IMG/VR virus record: IMGVR_UViG_3300020368_000006
Span: 1-26,970 of that record
Strand: one strand, 5' to 3'
DNA length: 26,970 bases
From: a virus
Lineage: Duplodnaviria; Caudoviricetes
The notes beneath the pieces were generated by a model, which was given only the letters and a program-made list of their open reading frames with translations, was not told where the DNA came from and searched no databases. A program made the translations under genes and the position numbers. Every line of letters starts with the position of its first letter. Within the stretch, counting starts at the first letter, position 1. Shown here one piece after another: positions 9,336 to 19,072 of the stretch.

Positions 9336-9478
9336 AAAAAGATACTAATTTGTTTTTCCAATATGCACTAGCAGAAAAACTAGGCAAGACATTACAAGAA
9401 TTGCAAAGTATTAGTATCGAAGAGTATCAAGGTTGGATTGCATACTTTGAACTAAAAGAAGAAGAGAGCAAAAGGTAA
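9332..9478 (+). CDS. gpT-like extension of the tail chaperone (G-T fusion 9000-9478 by -1 frameshift)
   Basis: -1 frame reads VKKDTNLFFQYALAEKLGKTLQELQSISIEEYQGWIAYFELKEEESKR*. It has no ATG of its own, and its TAA overlaps the tape measure ATG. Confidence 0.85.
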   Translation, partial: VKKDTNLFFQYALAEKLGKTLQELQSISIEEYQGWIAYFELKEEESKR

Positions 9479-11253
9479 TGGCAAAGAAACAAGTAAAATT
9501 TGAACTAACAGCAGTAGATAGAACAAAAGCTGCTTTTAGTTCTGTAACCAAAGGATTGAAAGGCGTTGGTTCAAGTGCTGCTAGTGTTGGTAAAGGCGTA
9601 GCAGGTGTTGGTTTAGCTGCAACAGCAACAGCAGGTGCTTTAGCTTTAGTTGTAAATAAATCTTTTGAATTTATTGATGCCATTGGTAAAACTGCAACTA
9701 GAACAGGTATTACCACTTCTGCTATTCAAGCTTTTCATTTAGCTGCTAGAGAATCTGGAACTAATATTGAAGGTGCTAACAAAGCACTAGAAAAATTTGC
9801 TAGATCGGTTGGTGATGCTCAAAGAGGTCTTAAGACCATGAAAGATATTTTTAAAGCTCTTGGCGTAGAGCTTGAAACTACAGATGGTCATTTCAAATCT
9901 ACAGATACTTTATTAGAAGAAGTAGCAATTGGTATAAGTGGTCTTGGAAGTCAAACACAAAAAGCAACAGCACTAGCTAACTTGTTTGGTCGACAAGGTA
10001 TTTTACTTACAAATGCTCTTGAAGATTTAGCAACAAGAGGAATGGATGGTTTTATTGATCGAGCCGAAAGTCTTGGTTTAATATTAAGCACAAAAGTTAT
10101 AAGAAGAACTGAAGCTTTCAATGATGCTGTAGGTGTGTTATCTATGCAAGTAAAAGCTGTTAGAGATAATATAACAACTGCTTTTTTACCTGTGTTAGAA
10201 AAAATGCAAGAAAAAATTGCTGAAGTATTTATGAGCATTAAAGAAGAATCAGGTGGATTTGATCAATTAGGCGTAAATATAGCAAATAGTGTAATTCAAG
10301 GATTAGCAGCAGCAATAAAAGCTGTTGGCGAATTTCAGCTTACTATAGCTAACTTAGCTGCTAACTTAGATATAGTATTGCCAAAAATTACTACGCAATT
10401 TGCTGATTTTGCTCTTGAAATTTTAAAAATTATTCCTGGTGCAAGAGGTTTAGCAACTGTTTTAGAAATTGAAGTTATAAAAGCACAAGCTAACCTTAAA
10501 GCACAAACAGATAAAGTTATTGAATCTAACACTAAGTTTAGAGATAAAACTATTGAAGTTGCTGATAATTTACTTGGATTGCAAATTTCGCTTGATGATG
10601 TAACTACATCTTATGGTAATGTTAAAAAATCAGCAGAAGAGGTTAATGATGTTCTTGATAGAACAAATCCAATAAATGCATATATAGATTCAATAAAAGA
10701 TTTATCAAAAGCTTTAGATACTCTTGCTGTTAACGCTATGAAAAAATTTGAAGATGCAATTATTGATGGCTTAAGACAAGGAAAATTATCATTTAAAGAT
10801 TTTGCCGATTATGTTGTAGAGCAGTTATTAAGAATTGCTATACAGCAGTTAATAATACAACAAATTTTAAATCCTTTTAGAGATTTCTTGGGTGGATTAA
10901 CAATGGAAAATAATTCAGTTTTGCCTTCAAGAACTAGAGCATCCGATATTGTTAACCCTAATGACGTTCCAATTCTTGATATTGATCCGCCTAGTGGCGA
11001 AGGTGGTGGTTATACAGGTATGGGTGTTAGAGCAGGTGGCGTGGATGGACGTGGTGGCTTCCCTGCAATATTGCATCCAAACGAAACAGTTATAGATCAC
11101 ACAAAAGGACAGGGCATGGGTGCTACTGTAAACTTTAATATATCTACAGTAGATGCAGCAGGTTTTGATGAATTGCTTGCTACTAGAAAAAATATGATTA
11201 TAAGCATGGTAAATCAAGCTTATAACTCAAGAGGAAAAATGGGAATAGCATAA
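9478..11253 (+). CDS. Tail tape measure protein
   Basis: N-terminal LTAVDRTKAAF, Ala/Gly/Leu-rich helical body, C-terminal GGGYTG...GGVDGRGGFPAILHPNE; 591 aa. Confidence 0.93.
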   Translation: MAKKQVKFELTAVDRTKAAFSSVTKGLKGVGSSAASVGKGVAGVGLAATATAGALALVVNKSFEFIDAIGKTATRTGITTSAIQAFHLAARESGTNIEGANKALEKFARSVGDAQRGLKTMKDIFKALGVELETTDGHFKSTDTLLEEVAIGISGLGSQTQKATALANLFGRQGILLTNALEDLATRGMDGFIDRAESLGLILSTKVIRRTEAFNDAVGVLSMQVKAVRDNITTAFLPVLEKMQEKIAEVFMSIKEESGGFDQLGVNIANSVIQGLAAAIKAVGEFQLTIANLAANLDIVLPKITTQFADFALEILKIIPGARGLATVLEIEVIKAQANLKAQTDKVIESNTKFRDKTIEVADNLLGLQISLDDVTTSYGNVKKSAEEVNDVLDRTNPINAYIDSIKDLSKALDTLAVNAMKKFEDAIIDGLRQGKLSFKDFADYVVEQLLRIAIQQLIIQQILNPFRDFLGGLTMENNSVLPSRTRASDIVNPNDVPILDIDPPSGEGGGYTGMGVRAGGVDGRGGFPAILHPNETVIDHTKGQGMGATVNFNISTVDAAGFDELLATRKNMIISMVNQAYNSRGKMGIA

Positions 11254-11855
11254 TGTCAGGTACTTTTCCAACAACAATTAAACCTAGTAGTCTATCATTA
11301 CAAGACAATAGACCTAACTTAATTAATCAATCTGTTTCTGGTAAAAGAGTTACTAGAAAATATGGATCACAATTTTTTACTTTAGATATTACCTTACCAC
11401 CTTTATCAAAAGATGATGCGATGGACGTTTTTGCTTTTCTTAAAAAACAGCAAAACTCTTTTGATAAATTTGGTTATACATATCCAATAACAAACAGAGG
11501 TGTTAACAGAACGCAAACAGATATTGTGGTAAATGGTTCTCATAGTGTTGGTGATTCAACGATTGCTTTATCTGGTTTTGACAATTCAACATCTAATGTT
11601 TTGAAAGCAGGTGATGTAATAAAGTTTGCTAATCACGATAAGGTCTATATGGTTGAATCAAATTTGACTTCTGATAGTAGTGGTAATGCAACAGTTACTA
11701 TTTCGCCAAGCATAATAGCTACACTTGCAAACAGCGAAGCTGTTACAGTAGATCAACCAAATTTTAAAGTTTATCTTGATAGCGATATACTTTATACAAC
11801 AAATACTTCAGGTTTATTTTCAATAAGTTTTACGTTGCGAGAGTGTATTGAGTAA
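11253..11855 (+). CDS. Distal tail protein-like
   Basis: Directly after the tape measure; SVSGKRVTRKYG and LKAGDVIKFANHDKVY motifs. Confidence 0.7.
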   Translation: MSGTFPTTIKPSSLSLQDNRPNLINQSVSGKRVTRKYGSQFFTLDITLPPLSKDDAMDVFAFLKKQQNSFDKFGYTYPITNRGVNRTQTDIVVNGSHSVGDSTIALSGFDNSTSNVLKAGDVIKFANHDKVYMVESNLTSDSSGNATVTISPSIIATLANSEAVTVDQPNFKVYLDSDILYTTNTSGLFSISFTLRECIE

Positions 11856-12403
11856 TGTCAAGGTCACTAAGCAATACACTTTTAACGCAATTAGCGAATC
11901 CTACTAATACATTTTGTTTTTTACTTGAAATAAATACATCAACAGTATTTAGGCTAACTGACAATCAGTTTGATGTAACTTATGATTCAAATACTTATAC
12001 ATCTTCTGGTGAAATAATTGCAGTTAGCACAACACCAGAAACAGGAGAATTAAAAGTTGAAGAAACATCTATAGAATTATCTAATATTAATTCAACGCTA
12101 ATATCAGTATTTGACGATCAAAACTACATAGACAATACAGTTAATATTTATCTTGGTTTTTTTGATTCTAATGATTCTTTCATTGATGCATTTACCTATT
12201 TTTCAGGCAACATTAAAAATGTAGAAGTTGATGAAAGTAAAACAGATTCAAAAATTACTGTGACCTGCTCAAATCATTGGTCAAATTGGAATTTAAAAAA
12301 AGGAAGGCATTTTACCGATGAATCTCAACAATTAGCATTTACATCCGACAAAGGTCTTGAATATGCTCATATAACAAAAGCAGATATTAGGTGGGGTAGT
12401 TAA
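11855..12403 (+). CDS. Tail tip/baseplate hub protein (gpL-like)
   Basis: RLTD...YDSNTY, RHFTDESQQ...DKGLEY and terminal IRWG pattern. Confidence 0.7.
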   Translation: MSRSLSNTLLTQLANPTNTFCFLLEINTSTVFRLTDNQFDVTYDSNTYTSSGEIIAVSTTPETGELKVEETSIELSNINSTLISVFDDQNYIDNTVNIYLGFFDSNDSFIDAFTYFSGNIKNVEVDESKTDSKITVTCSNHWSNWNLKKGRHFTDESQQLAFTSDKGLEYAHITKADIRWGS

Positions 12404-15400
12404 ATGAATCCATTTGATGTGTTACGTATAATTTTTTATGTTGTTTCAGCAGTTGTAGGTATAAAAAACTTTAGGACTATGCAAAAGCTTAAAGATGCAG
12501 GTCAAGACATACTAGCTACAAAACAAGCACAAGGCGATAAAATTCCTATCATTTACGGAAGAAGAAGAGTTGGCTCAACCCTTCTTTATATGGACACAGA
12601 TTCAGGTAATTCAAAAGAGTTATTTGTTATATATGGTTTATGTCTTGGTGAAGTCGATGCAATAGAATTAGATACTATAGAAGTTAATGGTGTGCCTATA
12701 TCAGATACAAAAGTTTTTAGAGATGGCTACTATACAGGATCAGATAAAATATCTAGTGGAGCAGGATCACTCTGTACAGTAAGCCAGATTGGTAATTCAT
12801 CAGGTAGCTTTAGAGGTGATGGAAGGTCAGGTACTGATCCAACAAAGATATATAGAATGGTTTTTAATGCTCATCATGGAGCAGACGACCAAGCTGCCGA
12901 TCCTATGCTTGTTGCATCGCAACCTACAAGGTTTGGTAGCAACCATAGATTAAGAGGTATTGCTTATATAGCTGCATCATTTCAATATGATACAAAAGGA
13001 ATGTTTACCTCTATTCCTGAAATTACTGTAGTTGTTAAAGGTAGAAAACTATATGATCCAAGACTTGATGGCTCAATAACAGGTGGTACAGGATCACATA
13101 GAATAGCTGATCCAACTACTTATACTTGGTCTAATAATGCAGCTTTAACTCTTCTTGATTATATGCATCAAGATTATGGTAAGGGTTTAGCATCATCTTT
13201 AATTGATTTACAGTCTTTTCAAACAGCAGCAAATACAGCAGATGCAATTCTTGATGTGCCTGATTATAGTGGCTCTTATGCTGCTGCAACTTTTTCAGCA
13301 GATGTAGAAGATAAATTTATTACAGTTAATGAAGCTACTTGGAAAAAAATAAAAGGAAGCGAATTAATAAGTGTTAAAGATAGTAGTGGCTCAGTAATAA
13401 TAAATCAAAATAATGTAATTGATTCACAAAGATTTACACCTCATACCCAAGCAACAAATTTTAGAATTTATATAGATGGAGTGCCACCTGAAAAAGTAAG
13501 TAAGGGAGTAACATTTGCTGCTACTAATGGAGATGCAACTATTACTGTTACTTGTACATCTCATGGTGCTTCAGTAAATGATAGAGTTCTTTTTTCAGGT
13601 GCAACAAGTCTTGGTGGCAATATAACAGCAACAGTTTTAAATAAAGGTTATACGATTGCAACTGTTATAGATGCTAATACTTTTACTATTGAAGCAACAA
13701 ACCTAAATTTAGAAACTGTATTGGCTAACAGTTCTGATACTGGTAATGGTGGTGGTAGTGCTGTTGGTAAGTTTATGTACATAGATGAGGATGGCTCTAT
13801 TTTTGCACAAACTAGAAGATTGCAATGTGATGGTGTTTTAGATACGAATGAGACTGTATTAGATAATGCAAGAGATTTATTATCTAACATGCGAGGGTTT
13901 TTAAATTATGTTGATGGTAAATATAGTGTTCTAGTAGAAAATACAGCATCTTCATCTTTTAACATAACAGACGATCACATTATAGATGAAGGCATAAAAA
14001 TACGTTACGAAGATAAAGCTGAAAAACTAAATAAAGTTGTAGTACAGTTTTTTAATGCACAAAAAAAATATGAAGCTGATACAAAAACTGTATTTCATAA
14101 CAATAGCAATACAACTTATAAAAATGATGATGGTGGGGAAGAGCTAGAAACTACAGCAGAGTTCCAATACATTACAAATCCTTATAACGCATTTAATATG
14201 GGTAAGGGCATACTTGAAAGAAGTAGAAGGCAGAAAACTATTAGCTTTATTGGTACTCCTAGACTATTAAATCTCACAGCAGGAGATGTAGTTACGATAA
14301 CTTACACGCCTTATAATTTATCAAATGCTTCCTACAGGATAGAAACAATAAACCTTTTAGAAAATGGTTTAGTAGGCATACAGGCAATAGAGTATTTTGA
14401 TTTTTATACTTGGTCAGCTACACCACCAGAGGAAAATGTAGGAGGTGAACCAGATTTACCAACAGGCACAGAAGCAGAGCCACCTACAAATCTTTCATTT
14501 ACTGATGCAACTTCTAGTAGAAGAGCTTTTTTAACTTGGACTGCTGCAACTAATTATCCTGCAAAAGAATTTAGAGTAATCATTCAAAACTCTTCAGGAC
14601 AAGAAATACACAACAGAATTGTAAGTGATGCATTTATTGATTTAGATTTTATTGCAAAAGCTAATGGTTATGTTGCTTCTATAACATCAATTAGTAGTAC
14701 TGGTGCTGAATCAAGTGCAACTTCAATAACTTTTAATGTAACTCAACAACCTGTAAAACTAGGTGACATTCAAGCTAATGCTATTACTGCTAATGAAATA
14801 AACGTAACTAATTTAGCTGCTATAGAATCAGACTTAGGTAATATTGATGCAGGAAGCATAAACATAGGATCAGGAGCTTTTACAGTTAGCTCTTCTGGTG
14901 TTATGACTGCAACAGGAGCAACAGTATCAGGTGCAATAACAGCTTCATCTCTTAATGTTACAGGTGCAACTGTTACAGGAACATTGGATGCAAGTGTCAT
15001 TACAATTAATGGAGAGCCACTAGATGATGCTTTTGGAGTAACAGGTACAGGTTCAAATAGAGTTATGTCAATTGGTTTTCAAGCTCAAAATCAGCTTAAG
15101 GTTACAGATACAGGCTTACAATATTTAGCAATATCTACAGGTGGCTCTGGTATAGGATTTGAAGCATTTAGTGTTGATGGTTCTGATTTTACCTTTTACT
15201 CAACAGCAGCAGGTAACAGTCAAAAAGAAACTATAGTTAATAAAGAAGGATCAATCACTTTATCAAATCTAAGTTCAGCACCAAGTGGTTCTTCGCAAAC
15301 AAACAGTCTTTATTTACTCAATGGAGCTTTACAGTTTAATGGCTCTGCTATTGGCACAGGCACAGGTGATATCACAGCAGTTGTAGCAGGTACAAATCTC

Positions 15401-17974
15401 AATGGTGGTGGAACTTCTGGAAGTGTTACGCTTAATTTAGATTCAACCATTACAGGCAATCATACCTTTTCTAACAACCTCATAGTTGGTGGTGATCTTA
15501 CAGTACAAGGTACAACTACAACAATTGATACTACTAATTTAAATGTCAAAGATAAAAACATAGTTCTTAATTATTCAACAGGTGATTCTTCTGGAAGTGC
15601 AAATGGAGCAGGTATAACTATACAAGATGCAGTAGATGCTTCAACAGATGCGACTATTCTTTGGGATGCAACCAATGATGAATTTGATTTTTCACATAAA
15701 ATAACTGCCCCAACACTAGCAGGAACTTTATCAACAGCTTCGCAACCAAATATCACAAGTGTTGGAACGCTTACCTCATTATCTAGTGGTTCAATAACTG
15801 CTGGAAATACATTTATAAATTCAAATGGCTCTATTGAATTATTAAGATCAGGTGGAGCATTTATAGATTTTAAAGAATCAAGTGTTGACTTTGATTCAAG
15901 AATTATGGGTACTAGCTCACTTGTATTTACAACAGGAGGTAGTGGTTCAACAGCTACAGCACTTACCCTAAACAGTTCACAAAATGCTACTTTTGGAGGA
16001 AGTATTACTAGTGGTGCTTTAACAATTACTGGTGATTCAACAATTACAGGTCAACTTACAAGCAATCACACCAATAATGGAGATGCCTTCATTGTATCAA
16101 AAAATGGTACTGCTGTTGGCAAACTTAAAGTAAGAAATGCATCTTCTATGTTTTTATACTTTTCATCTGACTTTAATCAATATATTGGTGCAAGTAATGC
16201 TGATGATACTTTATCCTTTTATACAGCTAATGCTGAACGTCTAAAAATTGCTAGTAATGGTGACTTAGACTTATTAACAGGTGCTTACAGAATTAATGGT
16301 ACTGATGTTATTGATGAATCAAGAAACCTTACAAATATAGGAACTATCTCTAGTGGTGATATTACAATCTCAGATGGCACACCGACTTTAACTTTTACAG
16401 ATACCGACAATAATTTTGATGCAACCATAGCAGGTCTTAGCGGTTCACTTGTATTAAAGGCTGATGCTAATGCAGAGTTCGGCACAGAAACAATACAATT
16501 CCACACAGGCGGCAGTCAAAGAGTTACCTTAAATAGCTCAGGACAATTGTCAATCGGCACTACAACTGCTGAGGGTGGTTTGCTGTGTCTTGATACTTCG
16601 GGCAACAACAACAGAGCAATAGTTATTGGGAGAAGTGCTACTGATGATGCTTCAAAATCCAGTGCCTTATCTATTCTGCATTACAACAATGGTTCTGAAG
16701 AGCCAGTTTGTTTGGTGGGGGCAGGTATTGATGATGATACTAATAATACAGTAAGAATTGGGGGTGGTTTTTCAAACTTAAATTCTGCCACTATCATTGA
16801 TTTCTTTACAGCATCAAACAACGATACGACAACTGGAACGAGAAGGATGAGAATTGATTCCTCAGGAAACTTGGGTTTGGGAACTACAAATCCTAGTCAG
16901 AAATTGGAAGTTCATGGTGCTATTCGGTTTGGAGATACTATATCAGATGTTGCAGATGGAGGTAGACCACTAATATATGCAAGTGATGGTTCTGGATCGC
17001 ACACAGGTCATGCTTTAGTAATTCAGGCAAGAGATGGAGCAGGATCAGAGATTGATTTTGTAACAGGTACAACACCAACAACTCGCATGAGTATTGGTTC
17101 TACAGGAAATATAACTTGTAGTGGGAGTTTCTCTAGTAGTCAAATCACTTTTGATAGTGGCACAAAAATTGTTGGCGATCACGCTGTTGATGGCTTACAG
17201 ATTAGAACGCAAAATACTGATCCTATTATATTTAAAACGAATGGTAATAATGCAAGATTTAGGATAGATGGTTCAGGTAATTTTCAAGTAAGCACTACAA
17301 CAATCATAGACCAATCAAGAAACCTTACAAACATAGGAACATATTCTGGTACAGGTGATTTCACAATATCAAAAGCAGGAACACCCTCCTTGCAAGTAAA
17401 AACATCAAATGCTTCAGGGCAAGATGCTGAAATAGTTATTGGTGGTGCAAGGACTGCTGCTATTGATGACATTGCAGAACTTAAATTTTTTAATAACACA
17501 ACAAATAATTCTTATGTAATGTGCAAAATTACAGGAGGTAATGAGCTTTCACATGGTAATAGAACAGGAAGCATGAGATTCTATACAACAGTTAGTGGAA
17601 CAACAACTGCTAAAGCTGAACTTACTTCAGCAGGAGTTTTTACCTGTACTAATGACATTGCAGCTTTTTCTAGTCTTTCAGATATTAGATTAAAAGAAAA
17701 TATAGAATTAATTAATAATCCATTAGATAAAATAAAAAGTTTGCGTGGTGTGAATTTCTCTTACAAAAAAGATGGAAGAGAATCTACAGGTCTTATTGCT
17801 CAAGAATTAGAGAAAGTTTTACCAAATGCAGTATATACAACACAGCAGATAGATGATGATGAAGATATCAAAGCTATTAGATATGGTAATGTAGTTGGAT
17901 TATTGGTGGAAGCTATCAAAGAACAACAAGAACAAATTGAAGAACTGAAAGCTAAATTAGAGGATGTTGCATAA
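12404..17974 (+). CDS. Tail tip hub/central fibre protein (gpJ-like N-terminus, FN3-like domain, repeated fibre modules, C-terminal peptidase S74 intramolecular chaperone)
   Basis: IPIIYGRRRVG, LCLGEV, HRLRGIAY, VKGRKLYDPR; Gly/Ser/Thr-rich repeats; SDIRLKENI...GLIAQELE...LLVEAIKE from 17678. Confidence 0.9.
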   Translation: MNPFDVLRIIFYVVSAVVGIKNFRTMQKLKDAGQDILATKQAQGDKIPIIYGRRRVGSTLLYMDTDSGNSKELFVIYGLCLGEVDAIELDTIEVNGVPISDTKVFRDGYYTGSDKISSGAGSLCTVSQIGNSSGSFRGDGRSGTDPTKIYRMVFNAHHGADDQAADPMLVASQPTRFGSNHRLRGIAYIAASFQYDTKGMFTSIPEITVVVKGRKLYDPRLDGSITGGTGSHRIADPTTYTWSNNAALTLLDYMHQDYGKGLASSLIDLQSFQTAANTADAILDVPDYSGSYAAATFSADVEDKFITVNEATWKKIKGSELISVKDSSGSVIINQNNVIDSQRFTPHTQATNFRIYIDGVPPEKVSKGVTFAATNGDATITVTCTSHGASVNDRVLFSGATSLGGNITATVLNKGYTIATVIDANTFTIEATNLNLETVLANSSDTGNGGGSAVGKFMYIDEDGSIFAQTRRLQCDGVLDTNETVLDNARDLLSNMRGFLNYVDGKYSVLVENTASSSFNITDDHIIDEGIKIRYEDKAEKLNKVVVQFFNAQKKYEADTKTVFHNNSNTTYKNDDGGEELETTAEFQYITNPYNAFNMGKGILERSRRQKTISFIGTPRLLNLTAGDVVTITYTPYNLSNASYRIETINLLENGLVGIQAIEYFDFYTWSATPPEENVGGEPDLPTGTEAEPPTNLSFTDATSSRRAFLTWTAATNYPAKEFRVIIQNSSGQEIHNRIVSDAFIDLDFIAKANGYVASITSISSTGAESSATSITFNVTQQPVKLGDIQANAITANEINVTNLAAIESDLGNIDAGSINIGSGAFTVSSSGVMTATGATVSGAITASSLNVTGATVTGTLDASVITINGEPLDDAFGVTGTGSNRVMSIGFQAQNQLKVTDTGLQYLAISTGGSGIGFEAFSVDGSDFTFYSTAAGNSQKETIVNKEGSITLSNLSSAPSGSSQTNSLYLLNGALQFNGSAIGTGTGDITAVVAGTNLNGGGTSGSVTLNLDSTITGNHTFSNNLIVGGDLTVQGTTTTIDTTNLNVKDKNIVLNYSTGDSSGSANGAGITIQDAVDASTDATILWDATNDEFDFSHKITAPTLAGTLSTASQPNITSVGTLTSLSSGSITAGNTFINSNGSIELLRSGGAFIDFKESSVDFDSRIMGTSSLVFTTGGSGSTATALTLNSSQNATFGGSITSGALTITGDSTITGQLTSNHTNNGDAFIVSKNGTAVGKLKVRNASSMFLYFSSDFNQYIGASNADDTLSFYTANAERLKIASNGDLDLLTGAYRINGTDVIDESRNLTNIGTISSGDITISDGTPTLTFTDTDNNFDATIAGLSGSLVLKADANAEFGTETIQFHTGGSQRVTLNSSGQLSIGTTTAEGGLLCLDTSGNNNRAIVIGRSATDDASKSSALSILHYNNGSEEPVCLVGAGIDDDTNNTVRIGGGFSNLNSATIIDFFTASNNDTTTGTRRMRIDSSGNLGLGTTNPSQKLEVHGAIRFGDTISDVADGGRPLIYASDGSGSHTGHALVIQARDGAGSEIDFVTGTTPTTRMSIGSTGNITCSGSFSSSQITFDSGTKIVGDHAVDGLQIRTQNTDPIIFKTNGNNARFRIDGSGNFQVSTTTIIDQSRNLTNIGTYSGTGDFTISKAGTPSLQVKTSNASGQDAEIVIGGARTAAIDDIAELKFFNNTTNNSYVMCKITGGNELSHGNRTGSMRFYTTVSGTTTAKAELTSAGVFTCTNDIAAFSSLSDIRLKENIELINNPLDKIKSLRGVNFSYKKDGRESTGLIAQELEKVLPNAVYTTQQIDDDEDIKAIRYGNVVGLLVEAIKEQQEQIEELKAKLEDVA
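14460..14479 (+). repeat. 20-nt perfect direct repeat, copy 1 (copy 2 at 18644-18663)
   Basis: CAACAGGCACAGAAGCAGAG at both positions. Confidence 0.85.
16317..16344 (+). repeat. 28-nt direct repeat within the fibre gene, copy 1
   Basis: AATCAAGAAACCTTACAAATATAGGAAC; 27/28 identical to 17313-17340. Confidence 0.9.
17313..17340 (+). repeat. 28-nt direct repeat within the fibre gene, copy 2
   Basis: AATCAAGAAACCTTACAAACATAGGAAC; 996 nt from copy 1, so in frame. Confidence 0.9.
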
Positions 17975-18687
17975 TGACTATGGCAACGAGTGGTGCTTTG
18001 TCTATAGGAACAACAGCAGGTGCTAATCAAAATCCAAAGAGATCAATTAATGAAGAATTAGGAGTTGCAGTTACAACTCCACAAAGTTTGGCAAACTCAA
18101 CTCTCAGAAATCTAGCAGGTGTAAGTTCTGGAACAATATCTTTTTCTGATTTTTATGGTGCATCAGCAGGTGCAAATCTTATTGATATTGATACCACAGG
18201 GAGTAGTGTTTCAGGAACTTCAGTATTTAGAACTTATGGCACAGGCTATACCACATCAACACCAAATCCAATCTTATCTGGTTCACCTGCATTAAGTAAT
18301 GGTGATTTAGCGAGATTTAAAATAACAGATAATGGTGGCACTTTAAAAGTTCAATTTGATTGTCAAGTAACAGTTGCAACAAGTAGCTCTTTTCCAAATC
18401 TAACTACATTTACAATTACAGGTGGAACAATTACGAATATAGTTGCACCAAGTGGTGCTAGTGTAAATTCAAGCGATAATACAAAACTAGATGTGCCTTC
18501 TGGTACTTTTAGCTATTCAACAGGAACACCAACAACAGTTATAAGTATTACAGGTACAACACCTTCTGCTTCAACCCCTAACTTTATAACAGGTTCAAAT
18601 ACGATTACATTTACAGCAGGTTCAGGAAGTGTGCCACCTAATGCAACAGGCACAGAAGCAGAGAACTTTAAAGCAGACAAAATATGA
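17974..18687 (+). CDS. Putative fibre-tip adhesin/receptor-binding protein
   Basis: Follows the S74-bearing fibre. N-terminal SGALSI...INEELG...RNLAGVSSGTISFSDFYG anchor-like motif and a Ser/Thr/Gly-rich beta body. Confidence 0.6.
   Translation: MTMATSGALSIGTTAGANQNPKRSINEELGVAVTTPQSLANSTLRNLAGVSSGTISFSDFYGASAGANLIDIDTTGSSVSGTSVFRTYGTGYTTSTPNPILSGSPALSNGDLARFKITDNGGTLKVQFDCQVTVATSSSFPNLTTFTITGGTITNIVAPSGASVNSSDNTKLDVPSGTFSYSTGTPTTVISITGTTPSASTPNFITGSNTITFTAGSGSVPPNATGTEAENFKADKI
18644..18663 (+). repeat. 20-nt perfect direct repeat, copy 2
   Basis: Identical to 14460-14479. Confidence 0.85.
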
Positions 18688-18827
18688 GTTTTACCAAAGC
18701 ACAAGTTGAACAATTTTTACAGGATTTGTATGATGCAAAGGAAACCAACCCAAACGCTTACTTGCCTAGTGTTTGGGAAGATGTAGAAAAACAAATAAAG
18801 GCAAAAATAAATTCTTACGAGGAATAA
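18684..18827 (+). CDS. Small hypothetical protein (47 aa; not in the ORF track)
   Basis: ATGA overlap with the previous stop; MSFTKAQVEQFLQDLYDAKETNPNAYLPSVWEDVEKQIKAKINSYEE*. Confidence 0.7.
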   Translation: MSFTKAQVEQFLQDLYDAKETNPNAYLPSVWEDVEKQIKAKINSYEE

Positions 18828-18829
18828 TT

Positions 18830-19072
18830 ATGGCAATAACAAAAACGCAAACAGTACAAAGAGTTGAGTGCTATCCTGCTGCTCATACTGAGGAAGGTCT
18901 AGAGCCTACATATCCTACTTTAATGATAGTTTATAATGAAACTTTTGATGATCCAAAAGATGAATCGCTGCCAGTAGTTGCAACTAAAGTTCTTAATTTA
19001 AGTAAAGATGATGGCAACTTAGAAGGTCAAGATGATTTTGTAAAGACAATAGCTAACGCTTTATGGTCTTAA
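18830..19072 (+). CDS. Hypothetical protein, probably tail-fibre associated (80 aa)
   Basis: GAGGA RBS, ATG 18830; MAITKTQ...VKTIANALWS pattern seen after phage fibre genes. Confidence 0.75.
   Translation: MAITKTQTVQRVECYPAAHTEEGLEPTYPTLMIVYNETFDDPKDESLPVVATKVLNLSKDDGNLEGQDDFVKTIANALWS

Noticed and set aside
12404-18687. Diversity-generating retroelement or invertible fibre cassette
   Set aside because: No reverse transcriptase, no template/variable repeat pair with adenine-specific mismatches, no invertase, and the repeats are direct.
8598-18836. ACGAGGAATAAYTATGGCAA repeated at 8598-8617 and 18817-18836
   Set aside because: Explained by shared RBS + stop + ATG GCA constraints; no separate function needed.
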